Of a DNA stretch of 64,000 bases, positions 19,831 to 29,368 are shown piece after piece. The position numbers were made by a program, and so were the translations under genes. The notes beneath the pieces were generated by a model. The model had not been told where the DNA came from and made no database searches. It saw nothing but the letters and a program-made list of their open reading frames with translations. Within the stretch, counting starts at the first letter, position 1. Each line of letters starts with the position of its first letter. Origin of the DNA: a virus; the IMG/VR virus record IMGVR_UViG_3300038299_000386, positions 2,373 to 66,372 of that record; one strand, 5' to 3'.

Positions 19831-20577
19831 TTAAGACTCCGAAAGTATGGATTTTAGGCTCCGATTATGCTTAAAATCGTAAGCAATTTTCTCTTCCAAA
19901 TCCATGTATTCTTTTGCGAGCCGAGGGTTTAGTTTACCTGCGAGCTTGAGAGATTTTTCGTCAGCAAGTATGCAGAAACAACACGAAAGTCGCTTCATTC
20001 CTTGCAAATAAGCCCAATGCGGACTTTGATCGTGTCTTGAAATCATTGAAAAGACCTCTTTTTCAGTCCAGTCGAAAATAGGGAACCAATTGTAAACTTG
20101 GCGTTTTGTATTCGAAAGCCTGTTGTTTAGACCCCAGACATCCATCTTCGAACGTGAATTCGATTCTTCGGCTCTAATCCCCATGCAGTTGATTGCAACT
20201 TGACATTTGTACTCGTTCATTATTCTGCGGATCACTTTGTTTATTGGTCCACGCTTCAAATCGGACGTGCAGAACCTCGCAGCCGATGACGGCCATTTCC
20301 CCCTTTTCTCGACATAATTAAGCAGGGTCTTAGGTGATCCATCGGAATATATTGCGTGCGCATATTGGATTTCTTCGTCGACTGTTGCCTGTATGTGCTC
20401 TTTGACACCAGACCACTCCACCTGGCCTAAATCGGCGTGGATAACAAATAGTTGCTTCTTGGGTACAATTTTCTTCAACAGAAGATACATTGCCTGACTG
20501 TCCTTTCCTCCAGAATGACTTACAAATACGAAGCCTCCTTGCTCGATGATCTCCTTTACTTCTTTCATACGTTTCAC
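19831..20577 (-). CDS. Phosphoadenosine phosphosulfate (PAPS) reductase family PP-loop protein
   Basis: SHSGGKDS PP-loop; RFCTSDLK; GIRAEES; PIFDW; RLSCCFC. Confidence 0.9.
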   Translation of the reverse strand: MKRMKEVKEIIEQGGFVFVSHSGGKDSQAMYLLLKKIVPKKQLFVIHADLGQVEWSGVKEHIQATVDEEIQYAHAIYSDGSPKTLLNYVEKRGKWPSSAARFCTSDLKRGPINKVIRRIMNEYKCQVAINCMGIRAEESNSRSKMDVWGLNNRLSNTKRQVYNWFPIFDWTEKEVFSMISRHDQSPHWAYLQGMKRLSCCFCILADEKSLKLAGKLNPRLAKEYMDLEEKIAYDFKHNRSLKSILSES

Positions 20578-20685
20578 CTATCCAAGCGCCCCCATTGGAG
20601 CGCCCGTCGTTCCGACTAACTTCCCAACTTGTTTTATGCTTTTATGAGGAAATCGGATTCAATTTCTTTCGAATTCTTCCTTTCC

Positions 20686-20750
<65 letters not shown>

Positions 20751-21115
20751 TCATATAAGGTCTCATAGAATTCTGAAAAGGGCGGGATAGAATGGGGCTG
20801 GATTTTTGTGAGAAGGGCAAACGGAGAGATATTTTCGCGAATAAGGAGCAATGTCCGACCGCCCACAAAAATTATCTCACATATATCTGTGAGCACAGAT
20901 TCCGAATGGATGATAAACCATCGGTGGCTACGTTAAGTTGCTGGGAAACCGCAAATGGGATCGCCTATCACTTCATGGTTCACCTCGTCTCATAGTTTCA
21001 CCGAACATGCGGTGGACCAGCACCTCTTTTGACATTTCAGTTTACCTTGCTTAAAGCATGCAAATTCTAAGAAAACCCTATGGTTTTATTAAACGAGGGT
21101 CGCTTTCATCAGCAC

Positions 21116-21640
21116 ATGGAGGAAAATGGTTGTTGCGGACAGAATTGCAAGGATCATCGAACCATGCTTGAGCTTCACCACGAACTGCTAACTTCTGTTC
21201 CTGAAGATGAATGGATAAAATCGCTTGAAAAGATTCACGGTGGCCCGATTACTTCGGAAAAACAAATTGTTGACGAAGAAATAAAACATAACGTCAGGTC
21301 TTCAGGGGAATACTCAGAGATGAGCACGGATGAAATCGCATCTTGGGCAATACATTATCAGCAAGAGATTTCCGATTTCGATCCCGAAGAAAGTGACCCC
21401 GATTATTTGCATGTCTACGAAGAACAACTTGATGAAATAAGACACGAGTTGAATTCAAGGCATGCTACCTGGCATAACCCAGGTCAAGAAGCACTTCCTG
21501 ATGCAAGTGCATGTTACTGTGGTTGGCTTGGTCAGGAAGAACCATGTCCTACCTTCGCTCCCCCTCTATGCACTTGCATAGATCGTAGCAGCGCCACAAT
21601 CAAACCAAATTGGCTGTGCTCTTTGCTTTCTTCGAGGTGA
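21116..21640 (+). CDS. Acidic, Cys-rich hypothetical protein
   Basis: TTTATTAA at 21085 then leaderless ATG 21116 (MEENGCCGQNC). Confidence 0.65.
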   Translation: MEENGCCGQNCKDHRTMLELHHELLTSVPEDEWIKSLEKIHGGPITSEKQIVDEEIKHNVRSSGEYSEMSTDEIASWAIHYQQEISDFDPEESDPDYLHVYEEQLDEIRHELNSRHATWHNPGQEALPDASACYCGWLGQEEPCPTFAPPLCTCIDRSSATIKPNWLCSLLSSR

Positions 21641-21646
21641 TTATAC

Positions 21647-22063
21647 ATGGCAGTAGAATTCAGTAACACGCCCTCAGTCGCCGTGATAATTGTTTGTGTC
21701 ATGGTTGCTATTATTGCATCAGCAACATGGAAAAACGCTAAAGGCGAGGGTTGGGGTTTAGTCGTATTCCTAATTTCTTTGATTGTTGGGTTCAATTTAT
21801 CTGTGGAATTCGCAGTTTACTTTCTCCAATGGATTTCAAGTACGTTTTCTTCATTATCGAACATGATTGAAGCATCAACAGAATTCGGGCAAGGAACAGG
21901 ACTCTTGGCGGTCATCGCCGCATTAGCAATCTCTGTTTATGTCATGAGAACGATCAAGTTTGACTCTGTTCGATTTGCAGCATTGGGGGCATTGTATGGA
22001 ATACTTTTGCGTCTTCTTTTAGATTTCCTATATTGGCTGGCGACTGCAGGGGTGGTTGGCTGA
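21647..22063 (+). CDS. Small 4-TM membrane protein
   Basis: GAGGTGA RBS; highly hydrophobic 138 aa. Confidence 0.8.
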   Translation: MAVEFSNTPSVAVIIVCVMVAIIASATWKNAKGEGWGLVVFLISLIVGFNLSVEFAVYFLQWISSTFSSLSNMIEASTEFGQGTGLLAVIAALAISVYVMRTIKFDSVRFAALGALYGILLRLLLDFLYWLATAGVVG

Positions 22064-23001
22064 AAAGAAAAAGTGTTGTGACGTTAGTTATGTTCCTCAT
22101 GCTGTCTGCGCCCTTAGTGCCGTCAGCGGAGGCAGGCGTCCAAGATGTTCAACTGAGGTTAGATACAGCCATCCAATATCCAAACGATAGGCAAGTAAAC
22201 ATCGTCGTAGAAGCTATGGCTTTCGAGAATGACAAACCATCTCTTCAGAACGTGGAGATCACTGCCTTGATTAAATGGAAAAACGGAACGACCATGTTCG
22301 AGCAATCAGCCAAAGTCCAACCTGGACTAAGGACGTCAATGGTGTTCCCTCCAATAGACGAAGTTGGGACTTACTACGTTTACGCATTCGGCGAAGCCGG
22401 TGGCTTGCGCTCTACCACTGAATCTCAAACAATGAGGATCACCTATGCGCCTCAACTCTACAGAGCCGGGTTTACTAGCCAAAGTACATTTTTGGTTAGC
22501 CCAAACCAAGGGAACTTGAATTTGACAATTCAAGAATACCTTGACGACGGACTATCAATCACGCCTGGTAAAACCTACAAAACAAACGGTTCAATACTTG
22601 AAATAGGCGTTCCATCGGGATTCTTGGCAGTGAGATACAACATTATAGATGAAAATGGTTGGATGAATTATGAACGTTCTGATTCATCAGGATTGACGGT
22701 TCATGGCCCGCCATACGTTTGGGTATATGGCGATTTAGAACGTGTAGAGCCCTTCGCATCCCTTAAATCAACGGCGTCGATCTTCGTCGGCATTGTGGGT
22801 GGACTCTTGGTTCTTGTAGGTGTGGCTAATTTTTACTTCAAAGCAAGAGACGATTCGCTGAAAAGAAGAAAAAAGCAAGGCACCGATGATATGCCTGGAT
22901 GGGCTGAACGAAGGCGTCAAAGGAAACTGAGAGAGCAGTCGGAGCAAGATTACTGGAACAGACAAAGAAATTATTCATCACCATACCAAAGGAGATATTG
23001 A
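22033..23001 (+). CDS. Type I membrane protein (signal peptide, beta-rich ectodomain, TM, basic tail)
   Basis: VVTLVMFLMLSAPLVPSAEA; TM IFVGIVGGLLVLVGVANFYF; R/K-rich C-terminus; start uncertain. Confidence 0.75.
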   Translation: MAGDCRGGWLKRKSVVTLVMFLMLSAPLVPSAEAGVQDVQLRLDTAIQYPNDRQVNIVVEAMAFENDKPSLQNVEITALIKWKNGTTMFEQSAKVQPGLRTSMVFPPIDEVGTYYVYAFGEAGGLRSTTESQTMRITYAPQLYRAGFTSQSTFLVSPNQGNLNLTIQEYLDDGLSITPGKTYKTNGSILEIGVPSGFLAVRYNIIDENGWMNYERSDSSGLTVHGPPYVWVYGDLERVEPFASLKSTASIFVGIVGGLLVLVGVANFYFKARDDSLKRRKKQGTDDMPGWAERRRQRKLREQSEQDYWNRQRNYSSPYQRRY

Positions 23002-23002
23002 C

Positions 23003-23701
23003 ATGCAACCGCCAGAAGACATATTTGACGACCCAATGCTGATGCAACAGCTTCTTGGTATTCCCGCACCCCAACAAGAACCCCAGATGGATCAATCAAG
23101 TCCAACAGATCGTGAAGGTTCTCGAAAGGAAGCTTGGTCGATGGCTCTAATTCTCTCGGGAATATTCCTTATTTTGGCTTGGGTTGCAGTACCTTTGGGA
23201 GCCTTCGGTGCTTGGTTTTACGGGCCGATTGAAGGATTCTTCGCCTCACCGACCTATTCTCGGTTTGAAGCAATGACGTGCGGGGGATTCTTTATTGTCA
23301 TCGGAATGACAATCACTTTCATTTACATTAACTCAAAACCTAAATTGCATTGGGTCGAGAATGAGCCGGGAATACCCCGCATTTCTCTGCTTAAGTCAAT
23401 TGAGGAAACAGGTGGCGCATTCCTAATGGAAAGAAACGACGGCAAACTAATGCGTGTCAGAAAGGACATCGCTTCGCGCTACAGGAACATCGTCCACATC
23501 ACTGCACACGTCCTTGAAGTAGATGGAAGAGAACCAGGGATTGACATTGAATTTAGGACTACTTCAGCATCAATGTCAAGATCGCAGATTGCAGCGGAAG
23601 AGGATTTGTCAATGCGGCAGGGATTCAGAGAGCAGCAACTTGAGGACATTTCACAACGTTATGTTTCGGGGCAGATGGATCAGATTGACGGAGTGGGCTG
23701 A
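23003..23701 (+). CDS. 2-TM membrane protein
   Basis: 232 aa, two hydrophobic helices. Confidence 0.75.
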   Translation: MQPPEDIFDDPMLMQQLLGIPAPQQEPQMDQSSPTDREGSRKEAWSMALILSGIFLILAWVAVPLGAFGAWFYGPIEGFFASPTYSRFEAMTCGGFFIVIGMTITFIYINSKPKLHWVENEPGIPRISLLKSIEETGGAFLMERNDGKLMRVRKDIASRYRNIVHITAHVLEVDGREPGIDIEFRTTSASMSRSQIAAEEDLSMRQGFREQQLEDISQRYVSGQMDQIDGVG

Positions 23702-23702
23702 T

Positions 23703-24077
23703 ATGAGTTTTGATGCTCCAATCAAGCCCTGGTTTCAACCGCCATCTTGGGTGTTTGGGCCTGTGTGGACTTTTCTTTATGCAAGCATGGGAATTTCAAT
23801 TTTCATGGCTTATCAAGAACGAGATGAGATTCCTATGGGGGCATTCGTTTTGTTTGCAATCCAGTTAATCGCCAACGCAACTTGGTCCTCATTCTTCAGA
23901 GAATCGGACTATGCAAATTCAATAGCAATCATTTTGGCGATGCTATTTGCTTCGATAGGCTATGCTTTACTGGTTTATCCACATCAGCCAATGGCGGCGC
24001 TCTTATTCGTTCCGTACATTCTTTGGGTTGCTTTCGCCACAATCATCAACATTTGGTATTATCTTGAGGCGGCATGA
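23703..24077 (+). CDS. tspO: TspO/MBR tryptophan-rich sensory protein (short form)
   Basis: KPWFQPPSWVFGPVWTFLYASMG; LFAIQLIANATWS; LLFVPYILWVAFATIIN. Confidence 0.9.
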   Translation: MSFDAPIKPWFQPPSWVFGPVWTFLYASMGISIFMAYQERDEIPMGAFVLFAIQLIANATWSSFFRESDYANSIAIILAMLFASIGYALLVYPHQPMAALLFVPYILWVAFATIINIWYYLEAA

Positions 24078-25111
24078 ACATGAACGGAAACAACAACAAC
24101 GGCCCACAGCCACGTAGCGGAAGAGACCTCTTCATGGTTCCAGTGGCCGATAGGCTAAACGATCAGTTCCGTTTTATCGATACCATGATTTTGTCTATGA
24201 CAGATTCATGGTCTTATTTGCCGCCTCGGGCAAAGCACATACTTTGGCTAAAATTGGCCTCAGCAGAGAACTCGTTTTTGGAACAGGTGGGAATGCCCAT
24301 TGAGAATGGTGTATTGATTCACTGGTCTATGTGGCCTGATGATTTGGGGGATTACGCACAAGCGGTAGCAATGCGAATGTCGAGGCAACAGTTGGAATAC
24401 CTCGAGCCAAAGAATGTGGCCATGGCTTCCGCCGTTCGTCAAGCGGAAATAGCAGAATCAACTGCACGTTTGCAGATCCAACTTGCGCAAGCTCTAATTC
24501 AATTGTCCCAGATGGGTGCGGAAACACAAGATTTGGCGAACCTTTTCTCAAAGAACCGATTCGACAAAGAATCAATGCAAACAGTTCTTTCTGCCGCCGA
24601 AGAGGAAATGAAAAGGCGCTCTCAAGCCTCCCCGCAGGAACAGCGCCAAAGGCAACGGCAGGAACTCCAACAGCAACTTCAACAACAACTCCAACAGCAA
24701 CAGCAACAGCAGCAGGAAGAGCAAGCACAGCAGGAACAGCAAAACACAGAACTTCGAGCAGCGCCTATTGATGGCCCACACGGCCCATGCCAGTATTGTG
24801 GAATGGATAAGCCATACGTGTTAGGCGAAGACGATGAAGGCACTTACTACATCGAAAGTTGCGCAGAATGTCTGCCTACGTCTGGGCTACTTCAGGGAGA
24901 AATGCTTCTCGACCAAGAAGAATTGCTTGCTAATTTTGACCCAACGATGTCGCCGGATGAAATTGATGCGTTCGCTGAAATTAAAAGCGATGAAGACAAT
25001 GATTCGTGGATCATGTTATCTGAAGGTGAATCAGAATTAACTCTTCAGCCTGATGGCGAAGCAGCCTTCAGGGAATTAGTCGAAAACGAACGAATTGGTG
25101 AGCAAGAATGA
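24074..25111 (+). CDS. Coiled-coil/poly-Q protein with CxxC...CxxC and acidic tail
   Basis: QQQLQQQLQQQQQQQQEEQAQQEQQ; CQYC/CAEC. Confidence 0.8.
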   Translation: MNMNGNNNNGPQPRSGRDLFMVPVADRLNDQFRFIDTMILSMTDSWSYLPPRAKHILWLKLASAENSFLEQVGMPIENGVLIHWSMWPDDLGDYAQAVAMRMSRQQLEYLEPKNVAMASAVRQAEIAESTARLQIQLAQALIQLSQMGAETQDLANLFSKNRFDKESMQTVLSAAEEEMKRRSQASPQEQRQRQRQELQQQLQQQLQQQQQQQQEEQAQQEQQNTELRAAPIDGPHGPCQYCGMDKPYVLGEDDEGTYYIESCAECLPTSGLLQGEMLLDQEELLANFDPTMSPDEIDAFAEIKSDEDNDSWIMLSEGESELTLQPDGEAAFRELVENERIGEQE

Positions 25112-25239
25112 GACTTTCTGAAAGAAACATAATTCATCCGAACGTAGCATGGTTTATTCGATGTTCTTTGTGTGCTGAATGGTATTGTATGAGATGCGAG
25201 TGCCATGTCAGTGATGCGTGCAAATGTGAGGCGATTTGA
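25108..25239 (+). CDS. Small Cys-rich protein, 43 aa (absent from ORF track)
   Basis: MRLSERNIIHPNVAWFIRCSLCAEWYCMRCECHVSDACKCEAI; ATGA and TGATG overlaps on both sides. Confidence 0.6.
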   Translation: MRLSERNIIHPNVAWFIRCSLCAEWYCMRCECHVSDACKCEAI

Positions 25240-26588
25240 TGGTTAAATCGGGCGGAGAACGCTACTTGAATTGGGACGATTTTAACAGGGTCTGTATTGC
25301 CAGAGGTATGCCGCCTTCTATTTTCTCACAGCTTCGCCGGACTTACAGAACCTATTGCGAGGGTGGTTGCGATTTAACCACGCTAAAGTGGTTCTTTACG
25401 CGATGGGCTCCTTGGGTCGTAATCGTAAGTGTTCAAGCCGATGAAGACCTTGATTACATTAAGAAAAATGTACCTCCGCTGGTTTTCTATCCATCAAATC
25501 TTCTTTCGCAAGGATTCTGCTGCGAAAATCTTCCCTCAATTTTTTGGGCATACGGTGATCGTGGGCAGGGAAAATCGGTCGCTTCGTATGGTATTGCGGA
25601 ACAATGGCTCAATGAAGCAAAGGAATGGAGTCTTAGCGAGGAATATGGTTCTCCGAGGGTATATGTCTACGGTGATGTCAATGGTTACGTCCCAAACGAG
25701 CCTGGATGGTTCCGTTGTCCCGATTGGTTCCAAACAGACCGTCACAAGGCCGAATTCCCTTTGCTTGAGGTATATGACGAAGTTCCACTACAACTTCGCT
25801 CTGGAGCCGTTTCTAAGGCATCTAAAGAATGGGCAGAAAAGTTAACGCGTTCGAGACATTACAATGTTTGGACGATTATGAACATGGTTCAAGCAAAAAT
25901 GGCTTCGAAGCGAGGGCGGGAAATGGATGCTTTGACGCTGGACCGGTTTTCCGGCTTACGACAACTAAGGGAAAGAATCGAGGACATGCCTCTAAAGGCA
26001 CTACGCCAAGCATACAGGAAAATAATTCCAGAGATGCGCAGAAACGACCCCGGATTGGCCCTGACACAACTTAACGAGGATCAGGGAGAGCCAGGGACTT
26101 GGCTTACATTTTATGAGACAAAAACAACCTCATGGTTTGAATGGAGAGAGGAACTCAAGAAAAAACGCTCTCTTGCTGCATCTGCAGCACCGTGGCCTCC
26201 AGATTGTGTCCTTCAACGTTTATTCCAATTATCACAACCAATCATGGATGAAATTGCAAAGAGGTTAGATGAAGATGATTTCGTTATGCTCTTTAATGAC
26301 ACTCTATCGATCATACCGACAGAAGATAACCTCGAAGAGGTGCGAGACCGTATTCATAGACAAATTCTTCGAGGTGCGAAGATGGAGTGGGCAGCGATTG
26401 GCGAAGTATTGCATGGGGTAGAGGCAAGAAACAAAGAAAAAATGGGCGGTGGCGGCCCTCTTCAGCGCTGGGGGCACCGAAACCCATTCAAGAACAGCCC
26501 TGAACAGATTCAAAATGCAGCAAAAATCCTTCTTGACGAGATGCCGATAACAAACCGGAAACCTTTCCTATGGATTTCAAAAGGTTAG
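25239..26588 (+). CDS. P-loop ATPase, FtsK/HerA/Zot-like (candidate packaging/morphogenesis ATPase)
   Basis: Walker A GDRGQGKS; Walker B LLEVYDE; SRH...IMNMVQ motif typical of this clade. Confidence 0.7.
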   Translation: MVKSGGERYLNWDDFNRVCIARGMPPSIFSQLRRTYRTYCEGGCDLTTLKWFFTRWAPWVVIVSVQADEDLDYIKKNVPPLVFYPSNLLSQGFCCENLPSIFWAYGDRGQGKSVASYGIAEQWLNEAKEWSLSEEYGSPRVYVYGDVNGYVPNEPGWFRCPDWFQTDRHKAEFPLLEVYDEVPLQLRSGAVSKASKEWAEKLTRSRHYNVWTIMNMVQAKMASKRGREMDALTLDRFSGLRQLRERIEDMPLKALRQAYRKIIPEMRRNDPGLALTQLNEDQGEPGTWLTFYETKTTSWFEWREELKKKRSLAASAAPWPPDCVLQRLFQLSQPIMDEIAKRLDEDDFVMLFNDTLSIIPTEDNLEEVRDRIHRQILRGAKMEWAAIGEVLHGVEARNKEKMGGGGPLQRWGHRNPFKNSPEQIQNAAKILLDEMPITNRKPFLWISKG

Positions 26589-26797
26589 GCGCCGTTTACC
26601 CGCAGTTACACACGAATCAATTCTGAAAAAAACACTTGAATCCTCTAAAACCAAATATCAGGAGACTATGATACCGACACATACGCACGCGAGTAGTCTT
26701 GTTTCATCATCAATTATAACTAAATTAACTGATAGAAAAAAGAAATCCATGATTTACATCAGCTTGAACAGAAAATCAGAATAAATGAGGTAGAATA

Positions 26798-27157
26798 ATG
26801 AATACAAATACAGAATATTTGATGCCCGGTCCTCCGGTGCTGATCCGAAACAAAACAAATTTCCAAACATCAGCATTTTTCAAAAAAGGAATTTTAGTTT
26901 GTGTCTTTTCCAACTGCTTACTCTTCATCACGATCGTCTGGGCATTCTATTCTTCGACAGCTTCTTTGACAAATCTTGATGATTCATCTCCAGGTTTGCC
27001 CCTGCAGACAGATATAATCTTGGTTTTGTCAGTCATAGCAAACATAGTGTATACTCTATTCTTGGTTTATTTTGTAATCTCAGGCAAGTGGTATTATGAT
27101 GAAACCGTGCATATTGATTCTGATCATCAAGCGGATTCAAAAGCAAAAAGAGCTTGA
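26798..27157 (+). CDS. 2-TM membrane protein
   Basis: GAGG RBS; two hydrophobic helices. Confidence 0.6.
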   Translation: MNTNTEYLMPGPPVLIRNKTNFQTSAFFKKGILVCVFSNCLLFITIVWAFYSSTASLTNLDDSSPGLPLQTDIILVLSVIANIVYTLFLVYFVISGKWYYDETVHIDSDHQADSKAKRA

Positions 27158-27166
27158 AGCAGATCG

Positions 27167-28456
27167 ATGGCGAATCCACACGTTGTGAAAAAGCGGATTA
27201 ACAATCCATATTCGAGGGCTTCGCTATTGATGCGAGAGAAGCCGCTAAAATTGAAACGGGAATATTCAACGTTCTATCAAGAACCATTGAATGAAGCCAA
27301 GAACAAATACCTTTCAAATGACTATGAAGATGGCCCAAATAAGGGCAAATCTAAGATGAATGGACGGAATAAAGACCTTTTAACGACAAGCAATCCAAAG
27401 ACCCAGAAAGGTGAGAAAAAGGGATACAGGACACACATCATGCATTTGGCGCCTGCAAACCTTTCTGGAAACAACACTTGCCCGTCGGCGTCTCCTGGGT
27501 GTGAGAGCGCTTGCCTCAACACTTCGGGGCATGGGAATTCGCAAAAAGTCCAATCAGCCCGATGTTCTCGAACTGATTTTTTCTTTGGTGATCGTGATGG
27601 ATTCATGAAAACGCTTCATAACGAAATAGTCAAGAGCATAGCGTCTGCTAAAAGAGCAGGATTAACTCCCGTGTTTAGACTAAATGGTACTTCCGATATA
27701 CGGTGGGAAGACATAACTTACGAACAACCAGACGGCGGCATCGAGAACATATTCGATGCCTTCCCCGGCGTCCAATTCTATGACTATACAAAAATCCCAA
27801 GACGAGGTGCTAAACCCGAAGATAATTACTGGCTTACTTTTTCAAAGAGTGAAACCAACGACGCTTATGTTGCGGATGCAATGGATGAAGGTCAAAATGT
27901 TGCTGTAGTATTCGGTTTTACTCCAAAAGAAGTCAAGGAAGGGGAAGATGTGCTCCCGAAGACGTGGACTGGACCTGGCGGACGGACGTGGCCGGTTCTC
28001 GATGGGGATGAAGATGATTTGAGATTCAGAGATCCTGAGCGCCACATCGTTGGACTACCCATGCGCGGCAGAGCTTCAAAGGATACAAGTGGATTCGTCG
28101 TCTATCCAGGCGGCCTTCAAGATAGTGATTCCTTCGAACGACTTCTGAAGGCTGCTCAAAAGGACAAGGCATTGGTAGGTGATCGCACCATCGATGGTGA
28201 GAAATTCAAACCAGTCCAGACACGAGTTTCTAAGAGGGAGGCAGAAAGAACTGCAGAGAAATTGCGTGAAATAGGAATGAAGGCACGTGTCATAACACAC
28301 GGCGCTCAGGTTCGAGGAAAGGACAAGACCCTTCACGCAGTCCTTGTCGGTGGAAAGACTGCTACAGCCTACGCAAGAAAGACTCGCACGTACCACCGTG
28401 TTTGGATTCCATCTCAAAGAAAGACCTGGAGGAAAATAAATGGGATTTATGGATGA
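27167..28456 (+). CDS. GP88-like (Cys-cluster) phage protein with C-terminal tag domain
   Basis: LAPA...TCPSASPGCESACL; FRLNGTSDI; VQFYDYTK; DGDEDDLRFRD; C-term RTIDGEKF...AEKLREIGMKARVI. Confidence 0.8.
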   Translation: MANPHVVKKRINNPYSRASLLMREKPLKLKREYSTFYQEPLNEAKNKYLSNDYEDGPNKGKSKMNGRNKDLLTTSNPKTQKGEKKGYRTHIMHLAPANLSGNNTCPSASPGCESACLNTSGHGNSQKVQSARCSRTDFFFGDRDGFMKTLHNEIVKSIASAKRAGLTPVFRLNGTSDIRWEDITYEQPDGGIENIFDAFPGVQFYDYTKIPRRGAKPEDNYWLTFSKSETNDAYVADAMDEGQNVAVVFGFTPKEVKEGEDVLPKTWTGPGGRTWPVLDGDEDDLRFRDPERHIVGLPMRGRASKDTSGFVVYPGGLQDSDSFERLLKAAQKDKALVGDRTIDGEKFKPVQTRVSKREAERTAEKLREIGMKARVITHGAQVRGKDKTLHAVLVGGKTATAYARKTRTYHRVWIPSQRKTWRKINGIYG

Positions 28457-29351
28457 AAACACCCTTGTATTGATTAAAAATTTGTACATTATCGTTGGTC
28501 TTTGGTTGGCCTTACGTTTCCTTCTCTACATCGTTAGGGAAAGGCCAAGGAATCCTTATGCAGCAATTGGAATAATTATCGTCGGTTATTCGGCAATGAT
28601 CACTTATTCCTACGGAAGTGGTGGTGAAATCGGAGAACCCAAATTTTACCTTGACTGGCTGATTACAGTTCCATTGATTTTCTTAAGTTTGATTCTCGTT
28701 GATTATGACCGGCCAAAAAGGAACTCGAGTTTTCAAATTGGAATGATTGGAGCGGGAATTGCAGTTACCTTCATGATTGCGTTGCTTTTGGAAGGCCAAG
28801 GAATGCCTGGTTTCGAATTTACGGTCTTGACCGGTATATTTGGCATTGGAATGCTTACCGCATTGCTCTCGACCCCAGGTGAACGTGAGACGAGGACAGA
28901 TCAGTCGCCAACTCCCGCTCTGCCCATTTTGGTCTTGCTCTTGGCTTATCCCTTACTTTACTTCAATTCCACGTCAGAACCGTGGACTGGTTTTGAAAGA
29001 GAATTCTTTGAGGGCTCATACCTCTATGACCTGGGGCTCAACTGGTTCGATCTAATCGGAATTTTGTTCTTGCTTTCCTTCATCTGCAAATTTTGGCTTG
29101 CTTGGTATCACGTCGTTTCTACCGACGAAGGTTTCACCTTGATTGGAGACCTTTCTGTTCAACAGGATGGAACATGGAACGACGGATCGGATGTCGCTAC
29201 AACTCTGTTTCTCGGGGCCGGCGTCATTGCCTCGATAGTGAATTGGCTACGTCTTTACGCTGGCGACAATGCATCCCTGCTGTTGGCTGGTGCCGCCTTA
29301 TTGATTGGCGCTATCGTAGTCCAGCGTATGAATGTCCGTTCTACAAAATAG
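28440..29351 (+). CDS. Divergent type-1 microbial rhodopsin-like protein with two extra C-terminal helices
   Basis: Helix C FYLDWLITVPLIFLS; helix F AYPLLY; helix G LSFICKF with Lys at the retinal position; GGAGG RBS. Confidence 0.65.
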   Translation: MGFMDENTLVLIKNLYIIVGLWLALRFLLYIVRERPRNPYAAIGIIIVGYSAMITYSYGSGGEIGEPKFYLDWLITVPLIFLSLILVDYDRPKRNSSFQIGMIGAGIAVTFMIALLLEGQGMPGFEFTVLTGIFGIGMLTALLSTPGERETRTDQSPTPALPILVLLLAYPLLYFNSTSEPWTGFEREFFEGSYLYDLGLNWFDLIGILFLLSFICKFWLAWYHVVSTDEGFTLIGDLSVQQDGTWNDGSDVATTLFLGAGVIASIVNWLRLYAGDNASLLLAGAALLIGAIVVQRMNVRSTK

Positions 29352-29368
29352 GCGTTCTGCAAAGGGTT

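Noticed and set aside
19831-20577. dndC or cysH gene symbol
   Set aside because: No partner genes in the window; family-level call only
21647-22063. Spindle-shaped virus major capsid protein
   Set aside because: Hydrophobic and small, but four helices and no recognisable signature; cannot be supported without structure comparison
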